Notes under the pieces: model-generated
Told to the model about the DNA's origin: nothing
Databases searched by the model: none
The model's input: the letters and a program-made list of their open reading frames with translations, nothing else
In this document: positions 1 through 8,833 of the stretch, piece by piece
Numbering within the stretch: position 1 is the first letter of the stretch
How the letters are laid out: every line of letters starts with the position of its first letter
Translations under genes and position numbers: made by a program
UHGV virus genome: UHGV-0304649
Length of the DNA: 38,554 nucleotides
Direction: 5' to 3' (one strand)
DNA from: a virus

Positions 1-137
1 AAGCCCAGCATTGCGCTAGTTTAGTGTCATTTCGGACAAAATAAAAAGCCTAACTTTCGTCAGACTTTAATTGCTTTTCTTCTCTTAGTAAATGCTCTTC
101 ATAATCTGCATCTAAGTAATCATAGGGATCCATCTAA

Positions 138-458
138 TCACTTCCAATTCTTATGGACCAGTTCAGCACCTAACATTTGATAATCAGTGACAGCATCTTT
201 TACGTTTTGCAGAGTCCTAGACACAATCGAAATAGTTAATTTACTTTTTTTACCTGGTAACGAATACAAAATATCAACGTGACAATAATTACCACCCCAA
301 ACTGATTTAAGCTCATCTTTGACGATATTACCGTTGCCATCTCTCAAAGTGTGTTTGGTTAAGCATCGTTCGTTTTCTTGTTCAAAAGCTTTTTTATAGG
401 CTTTTTCTGTACCATTGGTTACTTCTAGATTTAATACTGCTTCGAATAATCCTTTCAT
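138..458 (-). CDS. hypothetical phage protein (between head-morphogenesis gene and scaffold across the wrap)
   Basis: 106 aa ORF in operon orientation; no recognisable motif. Confidence 0.45.
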   Translation of the reverse strand: MKGLFEAVLNLEVTNGTEKAYKKAFEQENERCLTKHTLRDGNGNIVKDELKSVWGGNYCHVDILYSLPGKKSKLTISIVSRTLQNVKDAVTDYQMLGAELVHKNWK

Positions 459-514
459 GATATCACCTCCAATTTAGGGTATAAAAATAGCACTCAAAGT
501 TATCCTTTAAGTGC

Positions 515-745
515 TTAGTAAAGTCTGCTATGGTAATCTGACGGGACGTGGACCAATTTATTTTCTTTAATATGCTCATCAATGAATTTCGCTAATTTTT
601 TAGCACCTTGAATAGAAAAATCGAAGTCATCACTCTTTGTTACATCGATATATTCATATATTGGAAACTCATCATGAAAATGTTGTTCATACTTTTTAAT
701 TGCAGCATCAATAATAGACCATGCACCCTCTTCGCAACTGAACAT
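515..745 (-). CDS. small acidic hypothetical phage protein
   Basis: 76 aa ORF abutting the MuF gene stop. Confidence 0.45.
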   Translation of the reverse strand: MFSCEEGAWSIIDAAIKKYEQHFHDEFPIYEYIDVTKSDDFDFSIQGAKKLAKFIDEHIKENKLVHVPSDYHSRLY

Positions 746-2539
746 TTATTTCACCGCCTTTAAGATGTCATCTAACATATTTTCCCATATTTTCGATGCT
801 GTTGGAAAGACTTCGTACATCATTTTTTTAGCTTCTTTGTTAACAACGGTTTCAGTCATATGAGCAAAAAATTCTGTTTCTTGCATTCCGTATGCTTTCC
901 AGTATTTAGTTCCGTGCCCAAATCCTAACGGGTGATCTATAAAACCACCTGTGGATTCCATCATATCTGACAATGCAGAGTATGCTTTCGGAGATATTTC
1001 AGATAGTTTCTTATATTTTCTAACTATAGCACTTTGATCAAAAACAGAAAGTTTTTTTAGATTTTTGACTTGTTGATAATTATCTCCATTTGCTTCTTTT
1101 AAATCATTATTGAAAACGTTTAATAAATCTTTTTTTATCGCATTTTTTAATTTATATTCTGGCATTACAGATATGCGATCAAAATCACTGTCTAACATTT
1201 CCACACCGATATTATCTATAGCATGACCCAGTTCATGAAATACTACTTGCATTTGAGTTTTATTTTTAGTGCCGTCAAACGCTTCTTTTGATAATTGTAT
1301 ATCATTACCATTAACAAAGCTTTTTGATTCTGAAATGTCTTTAAAATTGAAGCGATTCCCTAAACGATTTAGCAGTTCTTTAATTTGAGTATTATCTATA
1401 GAATCTAAACTTTCTATAAACTTCAAATAGTTCTCTTCACCAATTGATTTTGCCATATTTGTTTTATCAAAGATACTAGTTTTTATAGACACTTGCGGAT
1501 GATTCAACTTAACACCCCACTGATCACTTGCGAATTCGTCTAACAGATCACCGAACATTTCTTCATACAAAGCGTCAATATCATCGCTTATTTCTGGAAT
1601 TCTTGGTATTTCTGTGCATCTGCACAATGTGTGGTATGGAGGATGTTCATTTTTAATTAATTGGCCATGAAATCCGCCACAAATGGTACAAACTCGTTCA
1701 TCTTCTGCAGACCAACTTTCTGATTCTTTAACGTTAGCTCCTCTAAATGATTCTCTAATCCCCTCTACAGCAAAATGGGAATATTCCGTTCTGACAAGAT
1801 TTTCAATCGATCTATTAAACTTTCCCTGCTCTAACTTAAACATGCCGCTAATAACACCATCGTTTTTCATCGTTCTAAGAGCTTCTAAAACACCTTCGCC
1901 ACTTGCTAAAGAATTAATAATAGAATTACTTAGACGTTGCTCTAAACTTGAAATATTGCCCCACAAGCGAGATGAAAAAGTTTTGCCGCTCCATGGATAA
2001 TTCAGAATGTTTTCCAGCTCTTTTTTTGATAAACCAGAAGCAGAGCCGCCTAATAATTGCATCAACGCATTAGAATTAGAATTGTAGATTCGTTTTGTAA
2101 TGTTTTCTAAGTCGTTATTAAATTTACCGTTAACGTCGCTTGCGATTGCTTCATCAGCTAGCGTTGAAAAGATATCTGCTCGTAATTGTAACAAACGATT
2201 AACTTTCGCATAGTCATAGGACGGAAAATATTCATCAATGAATTGCTTATAAGCTTCATCTGATTCCATCAACTTTTCATAGTTTTTTTCGATATACTTG
2301 CGGTACTTTTCTTGGTCTCGCTTGCTAAAGTCTTCTAGCATTTCGCTTTGTGTGATGTCGTGTAAATCCGCTTGTGACAATAGCTGTCGTTGAATTTTAA
2401 CTAAAGCACGTTCAAAAACAGATTCTAGCTCACTAAGAGTTTTCTTTTCTAGTTTCAAACGGGCTTTGTCTTCTAATTCTCGGCGTTTTTCCCAATAACG
2501 TTCACTAGCCGTTGTTTTCTTCTTCGTCATTATCCGCAC
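746..2539 (-). CDS. head morphogenesis protein, Mu gpF / SPP1 gp7-like, with C-terminal HExxH (zincin-like) extension
   Basis: 597 aa. CTICGG..CRC zinc-ribbon typical of MuF-family minor head proteins. Sits downstream of portal. C-terminal ~250 aa carry HELGHAID and GFGHG motifs. Confidence 0.75.
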   Translation of the reverse strand: MRIMTKKKTTASERYWEKRRELEDKARLKLEKKTLSELESVFERALVKIQRQLLSQADLHDITQSEMLEDFSKRDQEKYRKYIEKNYEKLMESDEAYKQFIDEYFPSYDYAKVNRLLQLRADIFSTLADEAIASDVNGKFNNDLENITKRIYNSNSNALMQLLGGSASGLSKKELENILNYPWSGKTFSSRLWGNISSLEQRLSNSIINSLASGEGVLEALRTMKNDGVISGMFKLEQGKFNRSIENLVRTEYSHFAVEGIRESFRGANVKESESWSAEDERVCTICGGFHGQLIKNEHPPYHTLCRCTEIPRIPEISDDIDALYEEMFGDLLDEFASDQWGVKLNHPQVSIKTSIFDKTNMAKSIGEENYLKFIESLDSIDNTQIKELLNRLGNRFNFKDISESKSFVNGNDIQLSKEAFDGTKNKTQMQVVFHELGHAIDNIGVEMLDSDFDRISVMPEYKLKNAIKKDLLNVFNNDLKEANGDNYQQVKNLKKLSVFDQSAIVRKYKKLSEISPKAYSALSDMMESTGGFIDHPLGFGHGTKYWKAYGMQETEFFAHMTETVVNKEAKKMMYEVFPTASKIWENMLDDILKAVK

Positions 2540-3980
2540 CGCCTAGCTTGCCGTATTCCCCGCTTGGATAGTTTTGCCCTTGTTCTAAATTCATCATGTC
2601 CGCCTCGTAATCTGGATCTTTAACGAATGGAATTTGATTAATGATAGTACGTTTTGATACATAAGGTGCTAATTTAGGTAACGCCTCAGCAAGATATCCA
2701 ATATCGGTTGGTAAACTACGACTAAATGTAAACACAATTTTAGAAACATCTACTTCTAATTTATCGTTAAATTTTATAAAAGCTGCCATCGTCTCTGCAA
2801 CTTCTTTTAATCCTTCTTTGAAGTACTGCTCTTTCGTGTTTGTTTTGGCTTCTAGTGCTATTATTTGCCACTTGCGAGCTTCACCAGAGCTATTAGACTT
2901 AAATACTTCATCGTTGAAGTCGATTGACTTAGTGACTGTGTAGTAAAGCTTTTTCAACTGATTAAGATGATACTCGTTGAAATCTTTGTTAATATCTTTC
3001 GTTACATAGCCAACCTTAGCTTGTGGATCTGGCAAGTTAATAATACCTAATTGCTCCATCATCCTCTGTGCTTCTTCTTCACCTAAACGGGACCCGCTAA
3101 TCATCATATACGCTAATTTAAATTGCTCTACCTCGTTTTGTTGGTCAGACAGGCTTCTGTCAAATGCATCAGAAAGTTCCTCTGCTACTTCAAAATCACA
3201 ATAACGGTTCGTGTTGTTTTTAAATTCTGATAGGTAGAACGTTTCTAAAGGGTTATCAGTTTCTGCTGTCAATTTAAATGTTTCAGCCGCATTCATTAAA
3301 TTCGTTTCCACGTATCTGTTATACGTTAAGATTTTTTTCTTAGTAACAACTTTCATTTCTTCGAAAAATTTCTTTTGGTGTGTGTCATATTTCTCTCGAA
3401 TGAAAATATCTGCATTCTCATATTTTTCGGCTCTCCATGGCTCAACATTGCATGCCCACAATTGCCACTCTCCCTCAGTTTCAACGGGTTCTAACAAACG
3501 AAAAGCAACACCACAAGCGCCTTGATATCGTGCCGTGTCCGAATCCAACATTGCGAAACGCATACCGTTTACTAGCTCTGTAAGCCGCTCGAATTCTTTA
3601 GGTGTTTTTATCTTTGCGCTGACGTTACCTAAAAATAAATCCTTTGTTTTTTGAATTAAGGACTTCCGTTGTTCAGTAACATCATAATCCCATTTAACTG
3701 GGATACCTGTGAAATGATCAGCTGCTTGATCAACAATGGTGTTGTATAAGCCAGCGTGAAGTTTATTATTCACTTTTATAATTTTTGTGTTTGGTTTAGG
3801 TCTGCTATCAATCTCATTTTCTTCACTTGTATAAGCTTTGTATTTGCGCTCTCTGTCATCAAAAAATGGCTTCATCTCTGTTATAAAGTCATTTGGATCA
3901 AACAGCTCTTCGTTTATTTGCGTAGAATATTTCGTTCGTAATCTTTTATATCGACTCAATGTTAGATCACTTTGAAACAA
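2505..3980 (-). CDS. portal protein (SPP1 gp6-like)
   Basis: 491 aa, between TerL and MuF, the canonical SPP1-like order. Confidence 0.75.
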   Translation of the reverse strand: MFQSDLTLSRYKRLRTKYSTQINEELFDPNDFITEMKPFFDDRERKYKAYTSEENEIDSRPKPNTKIIKVNNKLHAGLYNTIVDQAADHFTGIPVKWDYDVTEQRKSLIQKTKDLFLGNVSAKIKTPKEFERLTELVNGMRFAMLDSDTARYQGACGVAFRLLEPVETEGEWQLWACNVEPWRAEKYENADIFIREKYDTHQKKFFEEMKVVTKKKILTYNRYVETNLMNAAETFKLTAETDNPLETFYLSEFKNNTNRYCDFEVAEELSDAFDRSLSDQQNEVEQFKLAYMMISGSRLGEEEAQRMMEQLGIINLPDPQAKVGYVTKDINKDFNEYHLNQLKKLYYTVTKSIDFNDEVFKSNSSGEARKWQIIALEAKTNTKEQYFKEGLKEVAETMAAFIKFNDKLEVDVSKIVFTFSRSLPTDIGYLAEALPKLAPYVSKRTIINQIPFVKDPDYEADMMNLEQGQNYPSGEYGKLGGADNDEEENNG

Positions 3981-3992
3981 TCATTCCACCTC

Positions 3993-5288
3993 CTAAAATT
4001 TAATGAAACTTACGTTATTTTTCTCCATATCTTCGCTAAAAGCGTATCTTGTTGCATCGATTGTGTGGTTATCTTTATCTTCAAGCCTTGGCTTAGGATT
4101 GCCATCTTTATCCGTCTGATAATCAATGTTTTCAAACTCTTTGGCTATATTTGGAGTTCTTAGTGGGTCGATACAAATAAAATCCAAATCATCCAACCAT
4201 TCCTCTCCATACTGTACAGAGTCGGGTCCTTTTTTAACCCCAAATACGTGGCCCATTCCATGTTCATTGTTTAATTCTGCTATGGATTTAGGTTCTGCTG
4301 AATCCGATGCAATACGATCAGACTGATAACCTTTTGCTTTCGCCTTTTGGGCAAACTCACGATTACTGATTTTCACTCCGTAGATTTCATCAACAGCATA
4401 GATGCCATTCTTTTTCTTATCGTAGTGCCATCGTACGAATGCTAATGGATCAGTAGCATAACCGAAGTCAAGACCGTTTCTGATATTATCAAAGTTAGCA
4501 ACCATTTCATCAGTTATACAGCCTTTCTCCACTTTTAAATTACTGAATGGAACGACTCCAGAACCGATTGCTTCACCATCGTATTCCCATCTAGCACGCA
4601 AAAGATTTCTATCTCTTGCTGCCTCCACTTCTCTCAAGAATTCTCTCGAAATAAAAGGATTATCTTTATAAGTAGAGTGATGAACAAATGTATTCTCAGG
4701 TTGGAAACTAGATTCATATTTTTTGTTCACCCAAGATTGTCGACGTTTTGGCGGGTTGTAGCTGAAAAAGAATTTATAAAAAAGACCATCTCCTAATTCA
4801 CCACGTAAAAGTGAATTGGTAATGGTCGTTACTTCATCTTCAGTTTTAAACTCGCCTAACTCCTCAATCCAGCCAATCGCAAACGGGAATCTACTATCTT
4901 TTAAAGACTTGATTCTTTCGGGATTTTGGGCACCTCTGAAAATCATATAATTCCCACGAGGTATGTATGTGATTCTTAACGGTGATTTATTAAATTTAAA
5001 TAGATGCGTTACCCCTTGCTGTTCAATCGCCCACTTCATTTGCTCGTAGATTGATTGTTCTAATGTATTATCAACATATCGAATGCCAACCGCATTGACA
5101 GCATACCTCATAAGTAATTGAGTAATAATATGTGCAATATCTGATGATTTACCAGAACCGCGTCCACCCTTACAAACAATATTCAGTATGTCCGAGTTAA
5201 GAGTTGCTCTCCATACCGAATGAAATTTTTTCGGTAATAATTCTGATAGTTTTTTCTTAACCATCATCATCACCGATATCATCAACAA
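3993..5288 (-). CDS. terL: terminase large subunit (PBSX/Terminase_3-like)
   Basis: Walker A KGGRGSGKS near N-terminus, size ~430 aa, overlaps TerS stop. Confidence 0.85.
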   Translation of the reverse strand: MLMISVMMMVKKKLSELLPKKFHSVWRATLNSDILNIVCKGGRGSGKSSDIAHIITQLLMRYAVNAVGIRYVDNTLEQSIYEQMKWAIEQQGVTHLFKFNKSPLRITYIPRGNYMIFRGAQNPERIKSLKDSRFPFAIGWIEELGEFKTEDEVTTITNSLLRGELGDGLFYKFFFSYNPPKRRQSWVNKKYESSFQPENTFVHHSTYKDNPFISREFLREVEAARDRNLLRARWEYDGEAIGSGVVPFSNLKVEKGCITDEMVANFDNIRNGLDFGYATDPLAFVRWHYDKKKNGIYAVDEIYGVKISNREFAQKAKAKGYQSDRIASDSAEPKSIAELNNEHGMGHVFGVKKGPDSVQYGEEWLDDLDFICIDPLRTPNIAKEFENIDYQTDKDGNPKPRLEDKDNHTIDATRYAFSEDMEKNNVSFIKF

Positions 5289-5727
5289 ATACTGGCATTT
5301 CAGTAACTTCTATTTGTTGCTTGTCAGTGAACAGCGCATGACGTTTACCGAGTAATTCGGCTGCTTTAGTCCTCTCTTCCGTACTAGGGGTATATTCATA
5401 GCTTTTTTGATGAGTGAATACTTCTCCTTCATCATTAGTTGTTTCGGTATTATAAACACCTTTCATTTTTTCACCACGCATGGTGCTAGTGAGATATTCT
5501 AGGACTTCTTGTGCATCTGCAACTCTTTCGTTCTGCATCTTTTCTAGCTGTTCATCAATATATCGCTTCACGTTAGCATCTGTTAGCAGTCTACTTGCAT
5601 TCACTCTTGCTGTGGTGTCTTTTTTTATGTTTGGATATGCGACTTTATACGCTCTCGTACCATTCATATCAATCAGCCATTCATCAGCAAAAACCTGATG
5701 TTTTGGATTCCTTATCATGTTATTCAC
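5257..5727 (-). CDS. terS: terminase small subunit
   Basis: 156 aa immediately upstream of TerL; NGTRAYKVAY...ASRLL motif typical of Terminase_2 small subunits; RBS AGGAGG 8 nt upstream. Confidence 0.7.
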   Translation of the reverse strand: MNNMIRNPKHQVFADEWLIDMNGTRAYKVAYPNIKKDTTARVNASRLLTDANVKRYIDEQLEKMQNERVADAQEVLEYLTSTMRGEKMKGVYNTETTNDEGEVFTHQKSYEYTPSTEERTKAAELLGKRHALFTDKQQIEVTEMPVFVDDIGDDDG

Positions 5728-5752
5728 CTCCTAATTAATTTTATGTAAATGT

Positions 5753-5781
5753 GCGACAGATACACAAATACCTGTTATACT
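5753..5781 (+). promoter_or_regulatory. sigma70-like promoter, plus strand (-35 GCGACA, 17 nt spacer, TGnTATACT extended -10)
   Basis: read directly: gcgaca 5753-5758, tatact 5776-5781 preceded by tgt. Confidence 0.35.
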
Positions 5782-5865
5782 CTTTATAAGGTAGCGCTCC
5801 TTTTTTAAAAACTTAAGTTCAGAAACTACAATCTATCTTAATTTTGACACTAACGCTACCTAGCC

Positions 5866-5896
5866 ACTAGAACCCATAGTCTAGTGGCTTTTTTAT
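5866..5896 (+). terminator. rho-independent terminator, plus orientation (GCCACTAG...CTAGTGGC + T6)
   Basis: perfect 8 bp stem followed by tttttt on plus strand. Confidence 0.5.
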
Positions 5897-5901
5897 GTAC
5901 G

Positions 5902-5927
5902 AAAAAAAGACCACTAAATAAGTGATC
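5902..5927 (-). terminator. rho-independent terminator, minus orientation, immediately after the moron ORF stop
   Basis: minus-strand read gatcac-ttattta-gtggtc followed by T7. Confidence 0.5.
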
Positions 5928-6787
5928 TATTTTTCTTGATTATTGATAATAAAAAAGCGTATAAAATCTTTTCCAAATTTTGATATTTTCAATCTATCCT
6001 TCGCTTTAAGACTTATCTTACTTTTGCTAGTTAGACTTTTCAATTTTATTTTTCTTTTCCCAGACAAAGAATTTAATATGCTCTCTGTAGAATTTCTAAT
6101 TTCCTCAATAGCAATTTGTATTTTTTTTATGTCTTTTGCAAGCTTATCATCATATTCATTTTGCATTAAGCCTAACCGATATAAGTTCTCTCTAACTGCA
6201 ACATATTGGTCGTAATTGATATCGAATGCTTCTAATAACTCTGTATAGTTATTGTATCCATCGATATCAGCAAATGTATTGGTTTTATAGGACAATTTAA
6301 GAACTGAAATATCTAAAATAGTCAGTTTATCAAGCGTATCAAAATATAAATAAGCCACATCAAAAGATGGATTATCCAAATTCAAAAATTCTGAATAACC
6401 ATTAATCATAAATTCAATTTTTTCTGCTTGATTAGTAGATTCAATTTTCTTCATGACCATTTCAAATATTTCGTCTAAAACTTCCTTATTTTCTAAAGAT
6501 TGTTTTTCAAATTTCTCCTTCAATTCTTCGTTTCTTCTACTGATTGCTTGAACCATAATCTCTAAGTTTCTTATTTTCTTATTCGTCCTAAACTCAGTTA
6601 TAGCTCCCCCAATGCCCGGTATCAAACCAGCTCCGTAATCAATCAATATATCACCACCTTGCTTCACAATTTCATTTGTTAATAAAGGTAAAGCATTTTC
6701 TTTTAGAAAGTCTTTTCCCTGATCAGCTACTATTGACAAAACATTTTCAAATAAAAAATTTTTAACTGCATTTGCTTTCTCTCCCAC
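5927..6787 (-). CDS. hypothetical moron protein (~286 aa) with Gly-rich motif YGAGLIPGIGGAI and Lys-rich basic C-terminal tail; candidate abortive-infection or exclusion factor
   Basis: Track ORF 5927..6856 begins inside the upstream terminator stem. A GTG at 6787 is preceded by AAAGGGG and by a -35/-10-like promoter. Terminators lie on both sides. Confidence 0.5.
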   Translation of the reverse strand: MGEKANAVKNFLFENVLSIVADQGKDFLKENALPLLTNEIVKQGGDILIDYGAGLIPGIGGAITEFRTNKKIRNLEIMVQAISRRNEELKEKFEKQSLENKEVLDEIFEMVMKKIESTNQAEKIEFMINGYSEFLNLDNPSFDVAYLYFDTLDKLTILDISVLKLSYKTNTFADIDGYNNYTELLEAFDINYDQYVAVRENLYRLGLMQNEYDDKLAKDIKKIQIAIEEIRNSTESILNSLSGKRKIKLKSLTSKSKISLKAKDRLKISKFGKDFIRFFIINNQEK

Positions 6788-6840
6788 AATCGTTATCCCC
6801 TTTACAAATTTATATATACAGAATAACTGATTATGCGAAT

Positions 6841-6871
6841 AATAAAAAGACCGCACTCAGAAGTGCAGTCT
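6841..6871 (-). terminator. rho-independent terminator downstream of the phage tRNA (minus orientation)
   Basis: minus-strand read AGACUGCAC-UUCUGA-GUGCGGUCU followed by UUUUUAUU. Confidence 0.6.
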
Positions 6872-6967
6872 CAGATAGGAGGGAAAATCTTAACCGTCAT
6901 TCGATCGTAAAGGTAGTTACATTTGAATTATTGACGATATTTTTATTTAAGCAGCAAAAGCTACTTA

Positions 6968-7041
6968 TTGACGTGACAGGAGTCGAACCTGCATGTACTT
7001 GATTGAAAACCAACCGCTCTCACCAATTGAGCTACACGCCA
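6968..7041 (-). tRNA. phage-encoded tRNA, anticodon UUC (Glu) by manual fold
   Basis: 74 nt cloverleaf: 7 bp acceptor (U1-A72), 4 bp D stem, GG in D loop, anticodon loop UUUUCAA, T arm GCAGG-TTCGACT-CCTGT. One mismatch at 27-43. Confidence 0.65.
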
Positions 7042-7644
7042 TACCAGAAGGAGCTACCTCCTAGCAATTGCTAATAAATCAAATTAACCTTTGCACACTC
7101 TCGTCAGAATGTTTTCCCATCAGGACGTAGCTTTCGCAGACTTTCACGGCTAAAATGATTATGTCACTGACAAGGATTTGCACCTTGTTTGGTCTATATT
7201 CCACCACAGTGACCGATCAATCAAACACCAGCAAAAACAATTGATTAAGTTTATCCTAAACGTACCTAGCTGCTACTCTATGAGTTTAGGAATTGCTCTC
7301 GTGCGTAAGCAGCTGCCGCAGAGATCTGGTTAATGTTCTTATCGTCATATGCTGGGATAGAGCAATATACCTAACCTCGACTAGTATGAATCAGGTAGTT
7401 ACTACTGCATCCCTAGCAACTATTTGTGTCACTTGCAAACCTGTAGAAAAAAGAGGAGGTTATTCACCTCACTTCATTTTATTGAGAACGTGAGTCTGCA
7501 AGTGACCATCGAAAGTCAAATCAAACGGTGACTAAACCAGAAAGCGTTGTGTAATGTGTCCATTTCTTTGACTTTCGATATTACTATATTAGCATTCAAA
7601 TTCGTATAAAAACCGCCAACTTTACGCCAAAAAACCGCCAAAAA

Positions 7645-8112
7645 TTATTTATATGCAATTATTTTTCCATTGCGGTAAGCTTCTGCGAATTCAATCAAAG
7701 CTTCTGATTTCATTCTTTGAATACTTCTTTCGGAATAGCCGACTTCTCTAGCAATCTTGTAATTAGAGTAATGGTCCTGCACACAGAAACTATAGTGCAA
7801 AATTTGTCTGCTAGTTAGGCTTAATGCCATAAGCCCAGATAAAATTGCGTCTCTTTCTGCTTCTGCATCTGCTAATTGTACTAGCGCATCTTCTGCTTTG
7901 TTCCCATGACTTTGGCTTTTAGGCATATCTGTAATAATTGGTGATTTTAAATCTATCAAAGAGCGACCAGCTATTCGCTCTAAACGTCTAAAATTCTTCA
8001 ACACATTTCTGGCATTCGCTTTTGTTTGTCGAAAATCTACTTCTTTTAGCAATTGAATCAAGTGGAATCGCTCCTTTTGTGGTATAATAACTATGTCGAA
8101 AATATTTCTCAC
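7645..8112 (-). CDS. arpU: ArpU-family late transcriptional regulator
   Basis: 155 aa, positioned between accessory genes and packaging module; resembles Enterococcus ArpU-type late activators. Track start is GTG with no RBS; a TTG at 8061 has an AAGGAG RBS. Confidence 0.7.
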   Translation of the reverse strand: MRNIFDIVIIPQKERFHLIQLLKEVDFRQTKANARNVLKNFRRLERIAGRSLIDLKSPIITDMPKSQSHGNKAEDALVQLADAEAERDAILSGLMALSLTSRQILHYSFCVQDHYSNYKIAREVGYSERSIQRMKSEALIEFAEAYRNGKIIAYK

Positions 8113-8182
8113 AGCCGGAGCAATCTGGCTTTTTTTATTTTCTACTAAATATACTTTTTACAATACGTACTATGAGATAGTA

Positions 8183-8406
8183 TTTTCAAATACATTTACT
8201 CATGATATAATCATATTAACTTTCTTGGGGATTTTATTTCTGAAATAAATTTCTCCTTTTCTATGATAACTGGCGGAAAACAGTTATCGATAGTTCCTGT
8301 CTCCACCAGAGACACAATGTCAACCTTATTTGTTGGCACTATTAGCACTTTACTTGGGAAAAGTGCTAACTACCACATTAGTCAGCCATTGGTCGGCTGG
8401 CTTTTT
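8183..8406 (+). ncRNA. candidate plus-strand small RNA (promoter TTTTCA-17-TGaTATAAT at 8183-8211, hairpins, terminator-like CAGCC-attggtc-GGCTG + T5 at 8383-8406)
   Basis: Read directly. The 63 aa ORF inside it has no RBS and runs past the terminator. Confidence 0.25.
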
Positions 8407-8450
8407 GTTTGCAAAAAATCGGCTAGTTATTGTAAAAAAGTTGCAATAAG

Positions 8451-8699
8451 TTAAAACTCCAATGTAATTGGCCTCCCGTATTTTAAAATTCTCCATTCGC
8501 CATCTTTTGTATTGGTTTTATTCATATGATTTCTTTCATCACGAGCTATCGTATAATCGAAAAATAAATCGGCTTTCTCTGCTCCATGTAAGTACTCAAC
8601 ATACACTCCATCAACTTGCCTTCCTAAGATAAAAACTTCTGGATAACTCATACGCTGGAACCCCCTAAATATAGCCCTAATCCCAAAATAAACGAGCAT
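8451..8699 (-). CDS. hypothetical small phage protein
   Basis: 82 aa ORF (likely starts at internal Met 17). Confidence 0.4.
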   Translation of the reverse strand: MLVYFGIRAIFRGFQRMSYPEVFILGRQVDGVYVEYLHGAEKADLFFDYTIARDERNHMNKTNTKDGEWRILKYGRPITLEF

Positions 8700-8833
8700 G
8701 AAAGGAAATAAACAAGGTCACTGCTTGTTATGTCATTGCCATACACGAAATAGCTCACGGTTGCTTTGGCTACAAGAATCATTATTGCAATGCCACTAAC
8801 TTTATTTATTACTCTTTTCCAGTTGCGTTTCAT
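8648..8833 (-). CDS. small membrane protein (two hydrophobic segments)
   Basis: 61 aa, hydrophobic stretches GIAIMILVA and FLSCSFILGLGLYLGG. Confidence 0.4.
   Translation of the reverse strand: MKRNWKRVINKVSGIAIMILVAKATVSYFVYGNDITSSDLVYFLSCSFILGLGLYLGGSSV

Noticed and set aside
1683-2000. Plus-strand ORFs antisense to large structural or replication genes (also 5480..5698, 13455..13868, 14693..15079, 31945..32532, 28294..28554 and others)
   Set aside because: They lie wholly inside well-supported minus-strand genes, have odd composition and no RBS: antisense artefacts of AT-rich DNA.
7293-7493. 66 aa plus-strand ORF in the noncoding block
   Set aside because: Starts on TTG with an AGGA only 2 nt upstream and sits in hairpin-dense DNA; more likely noncoding.
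7042-7644. cos site for the terminase
   Set aside because: The packaging module is SPP1-like (PBSX-type TerL, portal, MuF), which usually packages by headful from a pac site. The block is separated from terS by a tRNA and a moron, and I cannot identify cohesive-end features by eye.
8113-8137. Hairpin AGCCGG-agcaat-CTGGCT + T7 on the plus strand abutting the arpU GTG start
   Set aside because: It could be a plus-strand terminator, but it overlaps the arpU translation start region. The true arpU start may be the downstream TTG at 8061 with an AAGGAG RBS, so this may simply be arpU leader structure.
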